Shown in pieces: positions 1 through 12,696 of a DNA stretch of 64,000 nucleotides. The notes below the pieces were generated by a model that made no database searches, had not been told where the DNA came from, and saw only the letters and a list, made by a program, of their open reading frames with translations. The DNA comes from Malacoraja senta. Lineage: Eukaryota. The translations under genes and the position numbers were made by a program. The stretch covers positions 25,544,001 through 25,608,000 of the forward strand of contig CM075985.1 in the NCBI GenBank assembly GCA_038087875.1, given 5' to 3'. Positions within the stretch are counted from its first letter, which is position 1. Each line of letters starts with the position of its first letter.

Positions 1-519
1 CAGAAGGCTACCAAGGAGATGTGGTTTGTAGAATGATATATCCATGAGCCATTCTCAAAAGTGTTGGTCAAATATAAGACAACGGGCCTATTAATTGGTC
101 TACATCAAACTAGGCATCATATGGTTTCAGCTAAGATACTTTGCATAATTGTGAAAGAGATCAAGGGAAAGTTCCTCTGGTTATTTGTCACTTAGAACAA
201 CATGGTCAGAGACATATTTGTTCCATCAATCAATAATTGGGATATTTTTGTACCCAGAAAGTCAGCCCTCAAAATACTAATTTTAGATGCTTGAGGTTTC
301 TGTCCTTTGAAGCTTTTAGACAATAACTAGACTAAGTGGGACCCGTTGGGTCCCAGCATCACACGGGAGGGCTGGTCATCTAACGCAATATTCCACCTCT
401 CCACCAATTCCAATATTGCTCGCCAGTGGGGGCGGGGGGGGGGCTTTCTGTTGTGCTAGTATGGATGTTATGGGCCGAAGGTATGGTTTCCAGAGGGCTA
501 GTATAGACATTGTGGGCCA

Positions 520-790
520 AATGGATTCTTGGGCTGGCAGCTCAGTCACTGAGGCCTGGCAGTACAGTCACTCGGACCTGGCAGGCTGGCAGCTGAGAAA
601 CTGCCAGAAATTCTGCCCAAAACAGGAGACAGACTGTGAGAGAGAAGGGGGAGAGGGTGGACTGAATGGATTATTGAGCTGGCAGTTCAGTCACTTACGG
701 CTGGTGGGCTGGCAGTTCACTTACTCACGGCTTGTGGGCTGGCAGTGCAGTCATTCAAGCCTAGTATGCTGGCAGTTCACTCAGTCACCC
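520..790. repeat. Degenerate ~30-bp minisatellite (GGCTGGCAGTTCAGTCACT core) inside the Helitron
   Basis: Repeated ggctggcag...tcact units. Confidence 0.6.
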
Positions 791-825
791 ATCCTCACTT
801 CACCCCCCACTCTTCTCCTTGTCAT

Positions 826-1026
826 TCACACACACACACACACACACACACAGATTCATTCACACACACACAGACTCATTCACACACACACATACACACA
901 CACAGACTCACTCAAACAGACACACACACACACAGACTCACTCTCACACACACAGACTCATTCACGCACAGACACAGACTCATTCACACACACACACATA
1001 CACATACACACAGACTCATTCACACA
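826..1026. repeat. Compound (CA)n / CAGACTCATT microsatellite
   Basis: Directly visible; explains the His/Thr-rich spurious ORFs. Confidence 0.95.
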
Positions 1027-1634
1027 NNNNNNNNNNNNNNNNNNNNNNNNNNNNNNNNNNNNNNNNNNNNNNNNNNNNNNNNNNNNNNNNNNNNNNNNNN
1101 NNNNNNNNNNNNNNNNNNNNNNNNNNNNNNNNNNNNNNNNNNNNNNNNNNNNNNNNNNNNNNNNNNNNNNNNNNNNNNNNNNNNNNNNNNNNNNNNNNNN
1201 NNNNNNNNNNNNNNNNNNNNNNNNNNNNNNNNNNNNNNNNNNNNNNNNNNNNNNNNNNNNNNNNNNNNNNNNNNNNNNNNNNNNNNNNNNNNNNNNNNNN
1301 NNNNNNNNNNNNNNNNNNNNNNNNNNNNNNNNNNNNNNNNNNNNNNNNNNNNNNNNNNNNNNNNNNNNNNNNNNNNNNNNNNNNNNNNNNNNNNNNNNNN
1401 NNNNNNNNNNNNNNNNNNNNNNNNNNNNNNNNNNNNNNNNNNNNNNNNNNNNNNNNNNNNNNNNNNNNNNNNNNNNNNNNNNNNNNNNNNNNNNNNNNNN
1501 NNNNNNNNNNNNNNNNNNNNNNNNNNNNNNNNNNNNNNNNNNNNNNNNNNNNNNNNNNNNNNNNNNNNNNNNNNNNNNNNNNNNNNNNNNNNNNNNNNNN
1601 NNNNNNNNNNNNNNNNNNNNNNNNNNNNNNNNNN
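1027..1634. other. Assembly gap
   Basis: Run of N. Confidence 1.
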
Positions 1635-2507
1635 CAATATTAAAATGACAAGTAACTTCAGAACGTGTTGAATATACAGTGTGTAAAACAAATGTTTAAA
1701 GCCTCCTGTAGAGGCTGCTGGTGCTGAAGCAAAAACGTGCTTTAAATAACATCCAACAAACACACTCACCATAGACAGAGCAGCTCTCCTGAATTATTCA
1801 ACGGCACCTGCACTCGGCACCATCTTGACGTCACCCTCTGAGTGAGCCACCACACTTCCGGGTTCTATAGTCCCTCCGCCCTGCCGCCAGCGAGGGTAGG
1901 AGAGAGAATGGTGAAATTTTTTAAAACATTAATATCTCTCTGACTTTTCACCGATGGGAAAAAAGACTCCAGTGCAGTCCGGCGGGGCTCTGAGCGAGGT
2001 GGCCAAAAATGACGGCCGTAAGTGGCGCCGTTCTGTCGGAAATCACATTGCAGTGATTCAAAAGCAGTCAAGTTCTTACTTTTAGTAATATAGATGTGTG
2101 CTCCTTTCTCTTAACAGGTACGTGGTCTTGCCAGTAAAGATGTTCTTCCTTTGCAAAGACATAATTTGATGGAACCTATGTAATCTGTTAGGTGTAAATA
2201 TTGAATTTGTATTCAATCATTGGCTGCTAAGTTTGCTCTTAAAACGTATCAAACCTTAATATGCTTTGAATTCTACTGGGAAATTCTTCCAGGAGAGAGG
2301 GTTCCATGAGATCTCCTCTTGAATGTGGTGAATAAAGACTTATTACAGTTGCATCTCTAATCTCTGTGTCACGCATATCCAATTCTAAACATTCAACCTC
2401 CCCACAACAGCCCTCTCATGCCTCTTACAATTCCTTTCCAGCTTTTAGTTGTTAAAAAGAACTTTGTATTTGAAAATAACTCATTGTTTCATGGAGGTGG
2501 TTGGTTG

Positions 2508-2778
2508 GAACAATGGTGCAGTGGCAGACTTTCTGCCTTACAGCACCAAGACCCGGGTTCAACCCTAACTACGGGCACTGTCTGTATGGTCTCCTGTGAC
2601 CGCGTGGCTTTCCTCCGGATGCTCTGGTTTCCTCCCACACCCCCAAAACACACAAGCTTGCAGGTTGCTTCAGAAAAATATTAAAATTTTCTCTAGTGTT
2701 AGTGCATGGGGTGATTACTGGTCAGGCAGACTCGGTGGGCCGAAGGGCCTATTTCCGCATTGCACTTCTGAAGTCTAA
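2508..2778 (+). mobile_element. tRNA-derived SINE (V-SINE/HE1-like)
   Basis: A-box TGGTGCAGTGG, B-box GGTTCAACC, core ccgcgtggctttcctccggatgctctggtttcctcccaca, CR1-like tail gggccgaagggcct. Confidence 0.75.
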
Positions 2779-3523
2779 AGATTATTCCACCTTGTCTCTG
2801 AGCAATTGTTAGACACTCAGTAACCTATTAAAATCCATGTGATCTCATTTATCAATCTATAATGGTATGTGCAGATATGGTTAGTGTGACTTATGCACAG
2901 TCACCATCCCTGTAGATTGTTCAGAAAACAATGTGTCCCTTATGTTTCAAATCATAGAAATCTATACATTACTTATAATTTTGAAGTAGTTTAGAACTTT
3001 CCTGATCCTCCATTTGAAGTATGCTGAGTGATAGTTTTCTTCCACGCCTGACCTTTGAGTCCAGTCTAAATCTGTCCCGGTGGAGTAAAAACTGACCAAG
3101 TTTACAGAACAACAAAGCCCAGTGCCCCCTTAAAAATGTATTGAGACAGTAATATAATAGATACATTAAATACATGTACAAAACAGATGTTTATGAATTA
3201 CTGAAGATAATACAATGAAAAGTACTATAAATTGTTGTACAGATAACCCTTTGTACATATAGCCCATTGAAGGTGAATGGTGACTGTTATTGCCAATTTA
3301 CCGAGTGAGGAATTTGCTTGAACCAGTTGTTTTTAAATACGAAGTTCTTTTTAACAGCTACAAATGTATTTTTGTCATTGTGAGCTAAAAGTATCAAAGG
3401 TTGTTTGTTACATTATTTAATAGAGTATCATTGCACAAGTGTTGATCGAAGCAATTGCTAGTCCAGCATTGTACCTAGCAGCCCGTATGCTCAAAGGAAC
3501 AGTAAAGAGATGGAACATAGACT

Positions 3524-4503
3524 CCGGGGGCGCTGTTCAGGCAGCAGCCATGTCAGCAGTGCGTCAGTTTTTTCAACTTTTTATTTTATTTTTTAGTATG
3601 TTTTAAAATGTGTATTTAATGTTTCTTTGGGTGTCTTGTGTGGGGGGGTGGTGTGGGGGGGGGGGTAAGGGGGAAACCGCTTCGGTCGCCTCCTCCATGG
3701 AGAGGCGACTTTTTCCAGGTCGCCACCCCCGTGGCCTAACATCGCGGCCTTTCCCGGAGACGTGCCCGGGGCTTCAGCGGCGGGCGCAGCGTGGACTCTC
3801 GGCGTGGAGCGGGTGAACCCTCGCTGGGGCTCGCTGGAGGGGAGCGCTCCGTTTCGCCGGCCCGGGGCAGCCGGCAGCCTGAAGTCGCAGCCTGAAGCCG
3901 CGGTCTGCAGAGCTCCAGCTGGTGCGGCGTCTACAGCCCGGGATCCCTCGTGGGGGACCCGGGGGAAGAAGAAGCCATCATTGCCGGCCCGCGGCCAACT
4001 TCTACCGCGGGGCCGGCATGAACTTACCATCACCCCTGGAGGGGAGCTTCAACCGCCGGCCCTGCAGTCTACGGTGCTTCTGGCTGCGGCGGGGACTTTA
4101 AATCTTGACCGCCGGCCTGCGGCCTACAACAATCTAAAGCCGCGGTCTCCGGTGAGGAAGAGCCGATCCTGGACTGACTTGGACTCTGGTCCTGTCCACA
4201 GGGGGAAATGGAGGAGGACTGGCCAAATTTTTGTGCCTTCCACCACAGTGATGAATGCTGTGGTGGATGTTTGTGTTACATTTTGTGTGTTCTTTATTAT
4301 TGTATCGCTGCTGACAACCCAATCCTTGCCGGGTCACTGCTCGTGCGGTCGACCGGTCGGTGCAGTGAGTAGCTTTGAATGTTTGTCTTTTCGTTACGTT
4401 GGTTGTGTCCCTTTCTTTTTTTTAAAAAGCTACTGTAATGCGCCCTTTTAAATTGCCCCTTGGGGATGAATAAAGTGCTTGTTTGATTGATTGATTGATT
4501 GAT
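3524..4503 (+). mobile_element. CpG-rich interspersed repeat ending in a LINE-type (Rex1/L2-like) 3' tail
   Basis: Abrupt GC/CpG-rich block ending aattgccccttggggatgaataaagt followed by (TTGA)n; the ORFs are low-complexity. Confidence 0.5.
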
Positions 4504-4749
4504 GTCTGATTACAAGAGCCAGGATGTTTAGGCACTAAAATACTCTGAAATAGGCGGACAAAACGGCATAATAAAATTACAAAAAAGACACGAAAAAGGC
4601 ATTTATTGACCAAAAAAGTAATAAAAAGGCATGTATTTCTACAACCAAAATATGGTTTAAAATGATAATATAAAGTTATACTACATTAAATGACCAAAGT
4701 TGCCTGGTCGCACATAATTACTAGTATTTTTTTTTAATTATCTGGTGTT

Positions 4750-5945
4750 AAACTATGCTGTCTGTCAGACAGAATATGCTTCAGTTGTGAAAAACTTATT
4801 CTACCTCAGCTGAGGTCACTGTTGCATACCTGAAATGACCTACAGACTCTATATTCATGTCGATATCTTGTGCATTACAATTACCTTTGAGAACTTTAGC
4901 TATGTTTTGTATTTCTTCAAGGTCTTTGTTACCTAAAATCACTCTCTCGCATTTTCCTTGTATGTCTTTACCTACATCGCCAGGAATTTTACGAATATTG
5001 TCAGTTACTTTGTTGAAAACCTGCAAGTTATTCATTAATGTTTCACCACGTTTCTCAAGGAAAGTGATAGCTTGTGGGAAGTTTTTAAAATTGGAAGCAT
5101 TAAACACAAGAAGGGACATTTTCTGCATGATTTCACTGACGATCCTGATTACAGCAGATTCTTCTTCTTCAAAACAGTTGATGATTTCTTTTATCTTTTC
5201 AAAATGTGCTGCATAGTAGAGTACAGCAGAGAGCCATGTACCCCACCTAGTCAAAAAGGTTTGAGGAGGTAGCGGAATCTCGGGTGCTATTTCCTTGAAC
5301 AACTGCACAAGTAACGGTTCTTTGAGGAAGATTTTCTTGACATTGGAAACTATCGATCAACATTTGGAAACAAGCTACGTATTGCTTGGCAATTCTACGA
5401 AGTCCTTGAGCTAAGCTTGTCAAATGCAACATTTTGGGGAATAAAACTTTAAGAGCACGACCAGCTTTTTTCATGTATGGAGCTGCATCAGTCACAAACA
5501 GAACATTCTCGGGTTTTATACCTTCATGTACAGCAAATGAAGATGTAAACAACTGAGCAATAGTTGAGCTGTTTGACTTCTCCAATACTTCCGATGTCAA
5601 CAAATACTCCTTTGATGGTTGACCTGCCTCCAGTGTACCGATGACCACATTGGCGACATATCTCCCCACAGCATCGGTTGTCTCGTCTATTGAGATCCAT
5701 ATTTTGTTGCATGCAACTTCATCTCTATTTTTCTGCCCACAATGTTGAAGTTGCTGTCAACATAATTTTTCCATAATGATGACATGCTTGGTATAAGTTC
5801 CTCTGTATATTTCTCTAAAAAATCTCTGAGTGATTAGTTTTCCAATTTTCACAGTGGAATTCCAGCATCAATGAATGCCTTGCACAGATCACTTGAAAAC
5901 TCAGATTTGCGACTGGAGCCAGCAGTAAATGTAGTGAGACAAGCT
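4750..5945 (-). pseudogene. Frameshifted hAT transposase
   Basis: Motifs SIDETTDA, VTDAAPYMKKAG, TRWGTWLSAVLYY and VTSAEVE are spread over several frames with a premature stop. Confidence 0.85.
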
Positions 5946-5964
5946 TGGGTATTTCGCTTGGGTA

Positions 5965-6245
5965 ATCTACACCCCAGCGGTATCAACATTGACTTCTCTA
6001 CTTTTAGATAGGCCTTGCCTTCTCCCTCCTTCCCTCCCCCTTCCCAGCTCTCCTTCTAGTCCCACTGTCTCTGACTCTTCCTTTCTTTCTCTCCGCCCCT
6101 CCCCACCCACATCAGTCTGAAGAAGTGTCTCGACCCAAAACGTTGCCTATTCCTTCTCTCCATAGATGCTGCCTCACTCGCCGAGTTTCTCCAGCATTTT
6201 TTGTCTACCTTCGATTTTTCCAGCATCAGTTCTTTCTTAAATAGA
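5965..6245 (+). mobile_element. Penelope-derived terminal fragment nested in the hAT element
   Basis: cccagcggtatcaacattgacttctcta (GIY-YIG C-terminus-like), polypyrimidine tract, ctgaagaagtgtctcgacccaaaacg, gatgctgcctcactcgccgagtttctccagcatttt. Confidence 0.7.
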
Positions 6246-7289
6246 TCTTGGAGAAGACTGAACCAGCGGGCAGTGGCACGAACGAATAAACGGCCAACAG
6301 TGGCGCCCACGGTTGTGGAAATTTTCTTGTAAGTTATACTATGTTAACACGTTAATAATAACATTAATATTAACACGTTAATATAGAAAACGTCATTGTA
6401 ATCATGGTACAACTAGAGAAAATAGTATGACCTTTTAGCAAAACGGTTTAAAAAAAGGCTGATTTAGGCACACGATCATGAAAAAGGCGTTATCCTGGTG
6501 AAATCATCAAAAAAAGGCAAGAAAAGGCACATGGCATTTAAGTCAAAATCTTGGCTCTACTGATTACTGTGCGGATGCTTCGTCCACTATAACCAAAATT
6601 AATTATTAAGAGGTCCACTATAACGAGTGTAGACTGTACTCTAATTGGAGGCCTGCTCCTGCTTTAACTATTGTGCAATTATAATATCCACTCATCTTTC
6701 TGATTCCACAGTGTGTCCACTCCATTGATAAGCATCTTTGAAGTCTTTTGGTTACAGTGGAATTCCAGCATGTTAAAACCTCGAATTTCTGCTCAATTTC
6801 CACTTCTTGTCCATTTCAAACAGCAGCTTATTTGTAAAATGGTAATAGAATCTGATGAAATTTAAAAGTAATTTAAGGGCAGCAAATAAACCACTGATTT
6901 GAACCACAGTTTGAGTGCTTTAACTATGACCCTTCCTTAAAGGGACCACTGCAGAACACTTTTAGATTTATTTAAAATTATATTTATGTGAAGTTTGACC
7001 GAATTTAGCAATGGATTGTGTATACCATATAAAATGTGGCACTAAACATTAGTATTTATTTTGTGCATGTTTTCCTGTTTATTTGGCCATGACATCGTAT
7101 AACAAAGTAGCATGGGAAAGATTAGGGTTAATGATTTGTGTAAGTTAACATGTTTGATCCTGAAAAACCTGATAGATTTATTTCAAGTCTGCTCCTTTGT
7201 TCTTTTAATTTCCCTCCGTTAAGATATTCACATTACTCAGAAGTATTGTTAAATACAAACTTTTTGTTATTAAAATACTGGGTGGTATT

Positions 7290-8250
7290 GTCGATAACAA
7301 ATATAGTTATCAGAAATTACAGCAGGATGTTGATCAGTTTGGCAAGTGAGCTGAGGAATGGTTAATGGAGTTTAATGCAGATAAGTGCAAGACATTACAT
7401 TTCGGAAAGTCAAACCAGGGCAGGATGTTCACTGTGAATGGGCAATGTTGTAGAGCAGAGGGATCTATGAACATAGAACACAGAGCAGTACAGCACAGGA
7501 ACAGGCCCTTCTGCCCACAATGTGTGTGCCATGCATGATACCTAGTTAAAATGATCTCATCTACCGGTACATAATCCGTATCCCTTTATTTCCCTTCAGT
7601 TCTATATGCCTATCTAAAAGCCTCTTAAAAGCCACTATCGTATCTACCTCCACCACCACCCTTGGCAATGTGTTCACCCGCCACTATTTGTTTAAAAATC
7701 TTGGCCCGCACATCTCCATTAAACTCTCCTCCTGTTGATGGGACTGGTAATCATACTTCAAGTCTCCCCTCAACATCTGACATTCCAGAGAAAACAATCC
7801 AAGTCTATTCAACTTCTTTCTGCAGCTGAAACCATCTAATCCATGCAACATTCTGGTAAACCTCCAATGCACCCTCCCAAAGCTTCCACATCTTTCCTGT
7901 AATGGGGTGGTGACCTGAACTGCATGCAATAATCAAAATCTTATAGAGCTACATTATGACTTCCAGACTCTTATATTCAATGCCCCAAGCAATGAAGGCA
8001 AGCACACCATACTATAAGCAGTTCCTTGAAAGTGGCATCACAGGTAGATAGGGTGTACAATAGGCTTCATCAGTCAGGGTACTGAGTATACAAGTTGAAA
8101 TGTACAAGATGTTGGTGAGGCCACATTTTCAGTATTGGGTACATTTTTGGGTCACTCTACTATAGTAAAGATATTGTTAAGCTTAATAGAATGCAGAGAA
8201 GATTGATGAGGATGTTGCCAGGACTTGAGGGCCTGAGCTCCCACACTTGA
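7290..8250. mobile_element. Nested CR1 LINE fragments (a plus-strand copy interrupted by a minus-strand 3' fragment at ~7470-8010)
   Basis: CR1 ORF2 peptides such as RFTRMLHGLDGFS..KLNRLGLFSLE..LRGDL (minus) and LQQDVDQ (plus). Confidence 0.75.
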
Positions 8251-8584
8251 GGGCCCGAGTTCCCGCACTGAGGTCCTGGTTGTACTCACTGGGTTCTATT
8301 GGCCAGGTTATGTTTCACATGGATATGCAAGGAATGGATGGATATTGATCTGTGCAGGTAGATGAGATTATTTTATTTTAGCATCATGTTTGGCACAGAC
8401 ATTGTGGGCCAAAGGGCCAGTTCCTGACCTGTACTTATCTATTTTCTATATTGCTTACATGGCCACTTCAGAACTCCCAGAACAGATCTCCATTTCTGAT
8501 TTTGTCATGTGAGGAGACTACTAAGTGGACAAAGGAAAATATTCAAGTATAAGCTCAAAATCTGCTTGAAAGCAACTGACCCTT

Positions 8585-9230
8585 GAGAATAAAAAACACA
8601 CAAATGTTTGGAGTAACTCAATGGGCCAGGCAGCATCTCTGGATAACTGTAGGTGATGTTTTGAGTCAGAACTCTTCTTCAGATTGATTATGTTGGTGGA
8701 GGGTAGAGAGGAGGGGCAGGACAATCCCAAGTAATAGGTGAGGGAGGTTTTAATAGACAAAGGCCAGAGGTGAAAAGAAAGAAAGTGCGAGACAAAATGA
8801 TTGCAGAGTTGCGAATTGTGATGCTAGAGAAAGAAATGTAAGTGGACGGAGAGGGAAAGGGGAGAGATGGGTGTGTTCAGTTTGGGCACAGGGGAGAGAG
8901 GGGACAAATGGGGAGGACGATGGGGTCAGGGTTGGATTACCTACCTAAAATTGGAGAATTCAGTGTTCATACCATTGGGTTGTAAGCTACCCAAGCAGAA
9001 TATGAGATGCTGTTCCTCCAAGTTGCGTATGGCCTCATTGGCAATGGAGGAGGTCCAGGAGTCAAAGGTGAGTGTAGGAATAGGAGGAGTTCAAAAAGTT
9101 TTCAACCAAGAGATCCAGCAAGCGCAAATGTTCGGCGAAATGGTCACCAAATCTATGCCTAGTCTTGCCGATTTACAGGAGGCTGTGTTGTGATCACTGG
9201 ATGCAGTATATGAGGTTAGAGGAGGTGCAC
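8585..9230 (-). mobile_element. Penelope-like element 3' remnant (GIY-YIG C-terminus plus terminal repeat)
   Basis: The minus strand encodes LEEQHLIFCLGSLQPNGMNTEFSNF; terminal-repeat motif ggcagcatctctgga...ttcttcaga. Confidence 0.75.
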
Positions 9231-10263
9231 ATAAACATACATATATGTGGGGATGCTCCCTCCACTAGAACTAAAATCTGTTACAAAAGTGGTCTCTAAT
9301 TATGAGGGTTGACTGTAATACCCTTGAGGATGTTTCCAAGGCTGAAAAATTACAAATATGAGCAATTCTGTTCAGACTGTTTGATTTTAGTTGTTCATTT
9401 TGTGAGATGAATTTACTGGCAAAGCCAGCAGTTCTTGCCCATCGCTAACTGCCTTTGATCAGTTGTGAGTCACCTTCTTATACTGCTGCAGTCTTTCTCT
9501 TGAATAAATCCTGTTGTGTTGGCATTTCCAGGATTTAAACATGCCAGATTCTAATTATTGCTGGAAATATGAACTGATGGAGGGTTATTCTTCATGCCCA
9601 TTTTATTACTCTTTTAATTGAACTCTTTCTTCTTTTTGTGCTTCTTAATTGCAAACAGAACTTGTTTGCTAACTGTTATTTTTCGCTTTGTCTCCACTAT
9701 AACATTCTCTCCTGGACTGTATTTTTTATTCTTTCAGTCGTTTCTGCGACAGGAGTTCAAATAACACTAGCCATCTCCATATAGAGAATGTAACCCATAC
9801 GTATTATAGTGCAGAAGAGATGTGTTTGTGTTATCTGGATGTCCATGAATTTTAAACCCAAATCATCTAAGATGTGTAAAGCCTAATGGTGAAAACAAAT
9901 ATCAGATACACGGAGACATCTATACATTTAGCATCTTTAAAATGCACACAGTTTTAGATATAAAAATCCTCAGGAATTTCTCAGAGGAGTTCTTCCCTGC
10001 CAATGAAAGGAACATCCTTTAGTTTTCCTTCAGTCTTCAATTAAATAATATGAATGGATACTGAAGTAGTGTATTTGAGAAGCTTGAGTAAACTTTCTGG
10101 TCTGTTAAATTCAATGGAGTGACCCAATTGAATGTAATTAACTGGAGATTTGGCACTGTTATTGGGACATGGAGTAGATGTACATTATCTCCTCAATGTA
10201 CATATGAATTAAAAATAAACAGATATTCATGACAAAAGCAGTGAATCATATGCAGAATTTTTT

Positions 10264-10269
10264 TTTATT
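10264..10269 (-). promoter_or_regulatory. Polyadenylation signal AATAAA of the mucin gene
   Basis: TTTATT on the plus strand, ~185 nt past the stop codon. Confidence 0.65.
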
Positions 10270-10452
10270 TTTTAGTTTTGCTTGAATGATCATTTGGAGG
10301 AGAAATAAACTTGAAAGATATATTGTGAAAAGCCATGTAGTTAGGAATAAAAGACACTTCGGATTTTTCAAACATCACTAAGTAATGTTTGCTTAAAATA
10401 AATCAAACAGAGGTTAACAAGTAAAAATTGGCATTCAGTTTTAAATTCCATT

Positions 10453-10621
10453 TCACGGTGCACTACTTTCACAAATAGAGCACTGACATGTTTTTGCAGA
10501 AATATATGAGTACAGTTTACTCAATCCATTTCCACACGCCAATGTTACTTCCTTTGTTTCAGTTGTCTGTTCTTCGCAGCACTCACAGTTGTGTTTCATT
10601 TGATCTATTGTGTAGTCAAAC
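10453..10621 (-). CDS. Mucin terminal exon, second half of the cystine knot (CTCK)
   Basis: FDYTIDQMKHNCECCEEQTTETKEVTLACGNGLSKLYSYISAKTCQCSICESSAP*; acceptor ttttag. Confidence 0.95.
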
Positions 10622-11225
10622 CTAAAATGTAAGAAGATCACAATGAAAATCAATCAATATCATATGGCATCTCATGCATTTTAATTATGAGACAAAATGC
10701 CGCAATTTGCAATGGTATCATGCTGCTGTGGGCCATAGCCTTCATGCATTGCCATAAAGATGTAAGAACAAAGTAATTTTAACAAACTAATGATTTATTT
10801 TAACAAAAAGTTCTGGACTCTTAAAGAAAAAGTATGAAAATAATCTAATCAGTATTAAGTTAGCATTATATCTATTATTCAAATAATATGGGTTTACACC
10901 ATCACTGAGCCATTACTAAGCTCACAAACAATTTTTCATGACCTCTCTATCATTAATACAGGAGGGGTCACCACGGCCTTTTCTCTTGCTAATTGATCGG
11001 TGGTTGATATGTGGCCAGATTGGTGAGTTTTGCCAGCTTCCTGGTTCTTGCTCCACCCTACCCCATCATGATTATGTTTTCTTCAGGAAGTGGTTGTGTG
11101 GAGCAATGTAAAATGGGGAAACGCAAATTTTGTAGTAAACACCATCCCCGACCTTTCTCCGAGGTCGTATTATCTCAGTATTTTTTTGCTCTTTGATGCA
11201 TCACAAGATTCTTAAATTTACTTAC

Positions 11226-11331
11226 ATGGAAAATGAGTTGCATTTTCCTTCACATGAATTAAGTTCAACTGTTGCGGTACAGTTATCCTTAATGATTGTA
11301 AGTGATTTTGGTTGAACTTTACATAGTGTCA
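11226..11331 (-). CDS. Mucin exon, first half of CTCK
   Basis: (V)TLCKVQPKSLTIIKDNCTATVELNSCEGKCNSFS(M); 106 nt; cag/gtaag. Confidence 0.93.
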
Positions 11332-12289
11332 CTGTTGGGGAAAAACATGGAAATTAGAAAATTCCACCATTTTATGTTATAAAGACATGTAATTAGAACA
11401 AGATTATCTATTTGATATTTATCTGATGACAGACAGACAAACAGATGAGCTAACGGACAGAAGAGGTGAAAGAGACACAGGTTTACCTTCTCAAATAACA
11501 TATTAAAGTTATTGTCATGCGATACAGTAGATGAAGGCATAATGTTTACCTTTACTACTATTAATCGAGCTTAGAGCAGAACTGAACAATGAAAGGCCTG
11601 TTCATAGATATTGATATGCAAAACAATTTTTCATTGTTAGAATAGGATTCTTTGTTAAAAATCTAGTAGGAATGTGCAAAGGTCTGACTGTAGTAGAACT
11701 TCAGACAAATAATGTGTGCCTCGAGCCCTGCTGCAACTCAGTGAAATTAAATGTGAATCAGCTGCATCAGATTTTTGTAAAATTGATGTCAATATTAACT
11801 GAGCGTTTAACCACCATGCAATTGCGCACTGAGACCTTTGAAAATATTCATTCACAAACTAAAAAAGTAAACTGCAGACGAGGCAACAGAATATCCCAGT
11901 GCATTGACTTTCAAAGCTGCCATTACCCTTGGGTTGGTTGTGGGATGTTAAAAACATATCACTGTCCCCTTTAAATGCTACTCTGCATTCTGGAAAGCTT
12001 AATATTATTGGGTCATAAAACAAAACCATTTAGTTAATGTGTGTAGCCTGAGGAAGTTTGAAATCCCCTGCTCTGGTAAACTTTCATACCCTGGCAGCTT
12101 TATCATCTAACATCTTAGTAGGCAAAAAAATCTGAGCAGTTCACAGCTTCAGGTACTTTTGAAGTTTGGTCCCTGCTGTGAAATCAGAAACACCTAACAT
12201 AAGTATGAAGAGATTTAAGCAGGATAAACATTCTGCAGGAGAAATATATTTTTCATATAAATTGCAGTGCCCAAAATGTGACTTCTTAC

Positions 12290-12341
12290 CTGGCTCAGGG
12301 CAGTAATAGCAACAGTGACGGTCATCCCATACTTTCTCAAC
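12290..12341 (-). CDS. Mucin exon, end of VWC
   Basis: VEKVWDDRHCCYYCPEP; 52 nt; tag/gtaag. Confidence 0.9.
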
Positions 12342-12403
12342 CTAAACGTACAGGAAAAATAAATTGTTATTACCCATATTATTTAACTATCAATTTTGTG
12401 CAG

Positions 12404-12696
12404 GACCAATGGACATAGGTTTAAGGCGAAGGGGAGAAGATTTAATAGGAATCTGAGGGTTAACTTTTTCACACAAAGGGGGGTGGATGTATTGAAGAAG
12501 CGGTCAGAGGAGGTAGTTGAGGCAGGGACTATCCCAACATTTAAGAAGCAGTTGGACAAGTACATGGATAGGACAGGTTTGGAGGGATATGGACCAAATG
12601 CTGGCAGTTGGGACGAGTGTAGCTGGGACATTTTGGCCGGTGTGGGCAGGTTGGGCCGAAGGGCCTGTTTTCACACTGTATCACTCTATGACTCTA
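12404..12696 (+). mobile_element. CR1 LINE 3' end
   Basis: TNGHRFKAKGRRFNRNLRVNFFTQR..FKKQLDKYM; tail gggccgaagggcctgtt...ctctatgactcta. Confidence 0.9.

Larger units (their letters stand above)
327..2094 (-). mobile_element. Non-autonomous Helitron (spans an assembly gap)
   Basis: On the minus strand it starts A|TCTATATTACTAAAAG (2094) and ends with the hairpin GGGACCC-AAC-GGGTCCC followed by ACTTAGTCTAG|T (327). Inserted between A and T with no TSD. Continuity across the N-gap is assumed. Confidence 0.7.
4514..6559 (-). mobile_element. Decayed hAT DNA transposon (CGGBP1-related transposase)
   Basis: 12-bp imperfect TIRs (AAGAGCCAGGAT ... ATCTTGGCTCTA), flanked by the 8-bp direct repeat CTGATTAC (4506-4513 and 6560-6567); internal transposase motifs. 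Confidence 0.85.

Noticed and set aside
416-1772. Long His/Thr-rich ORFs
   Set aside because: Artefacts of the (CA)n microsatellite and the N-gap
3593-4451. 146-229 aa ORFs in the GC-rich block
   Set aside because: Stop-poor GC-rich repeat with no domain motifs, open on both strands
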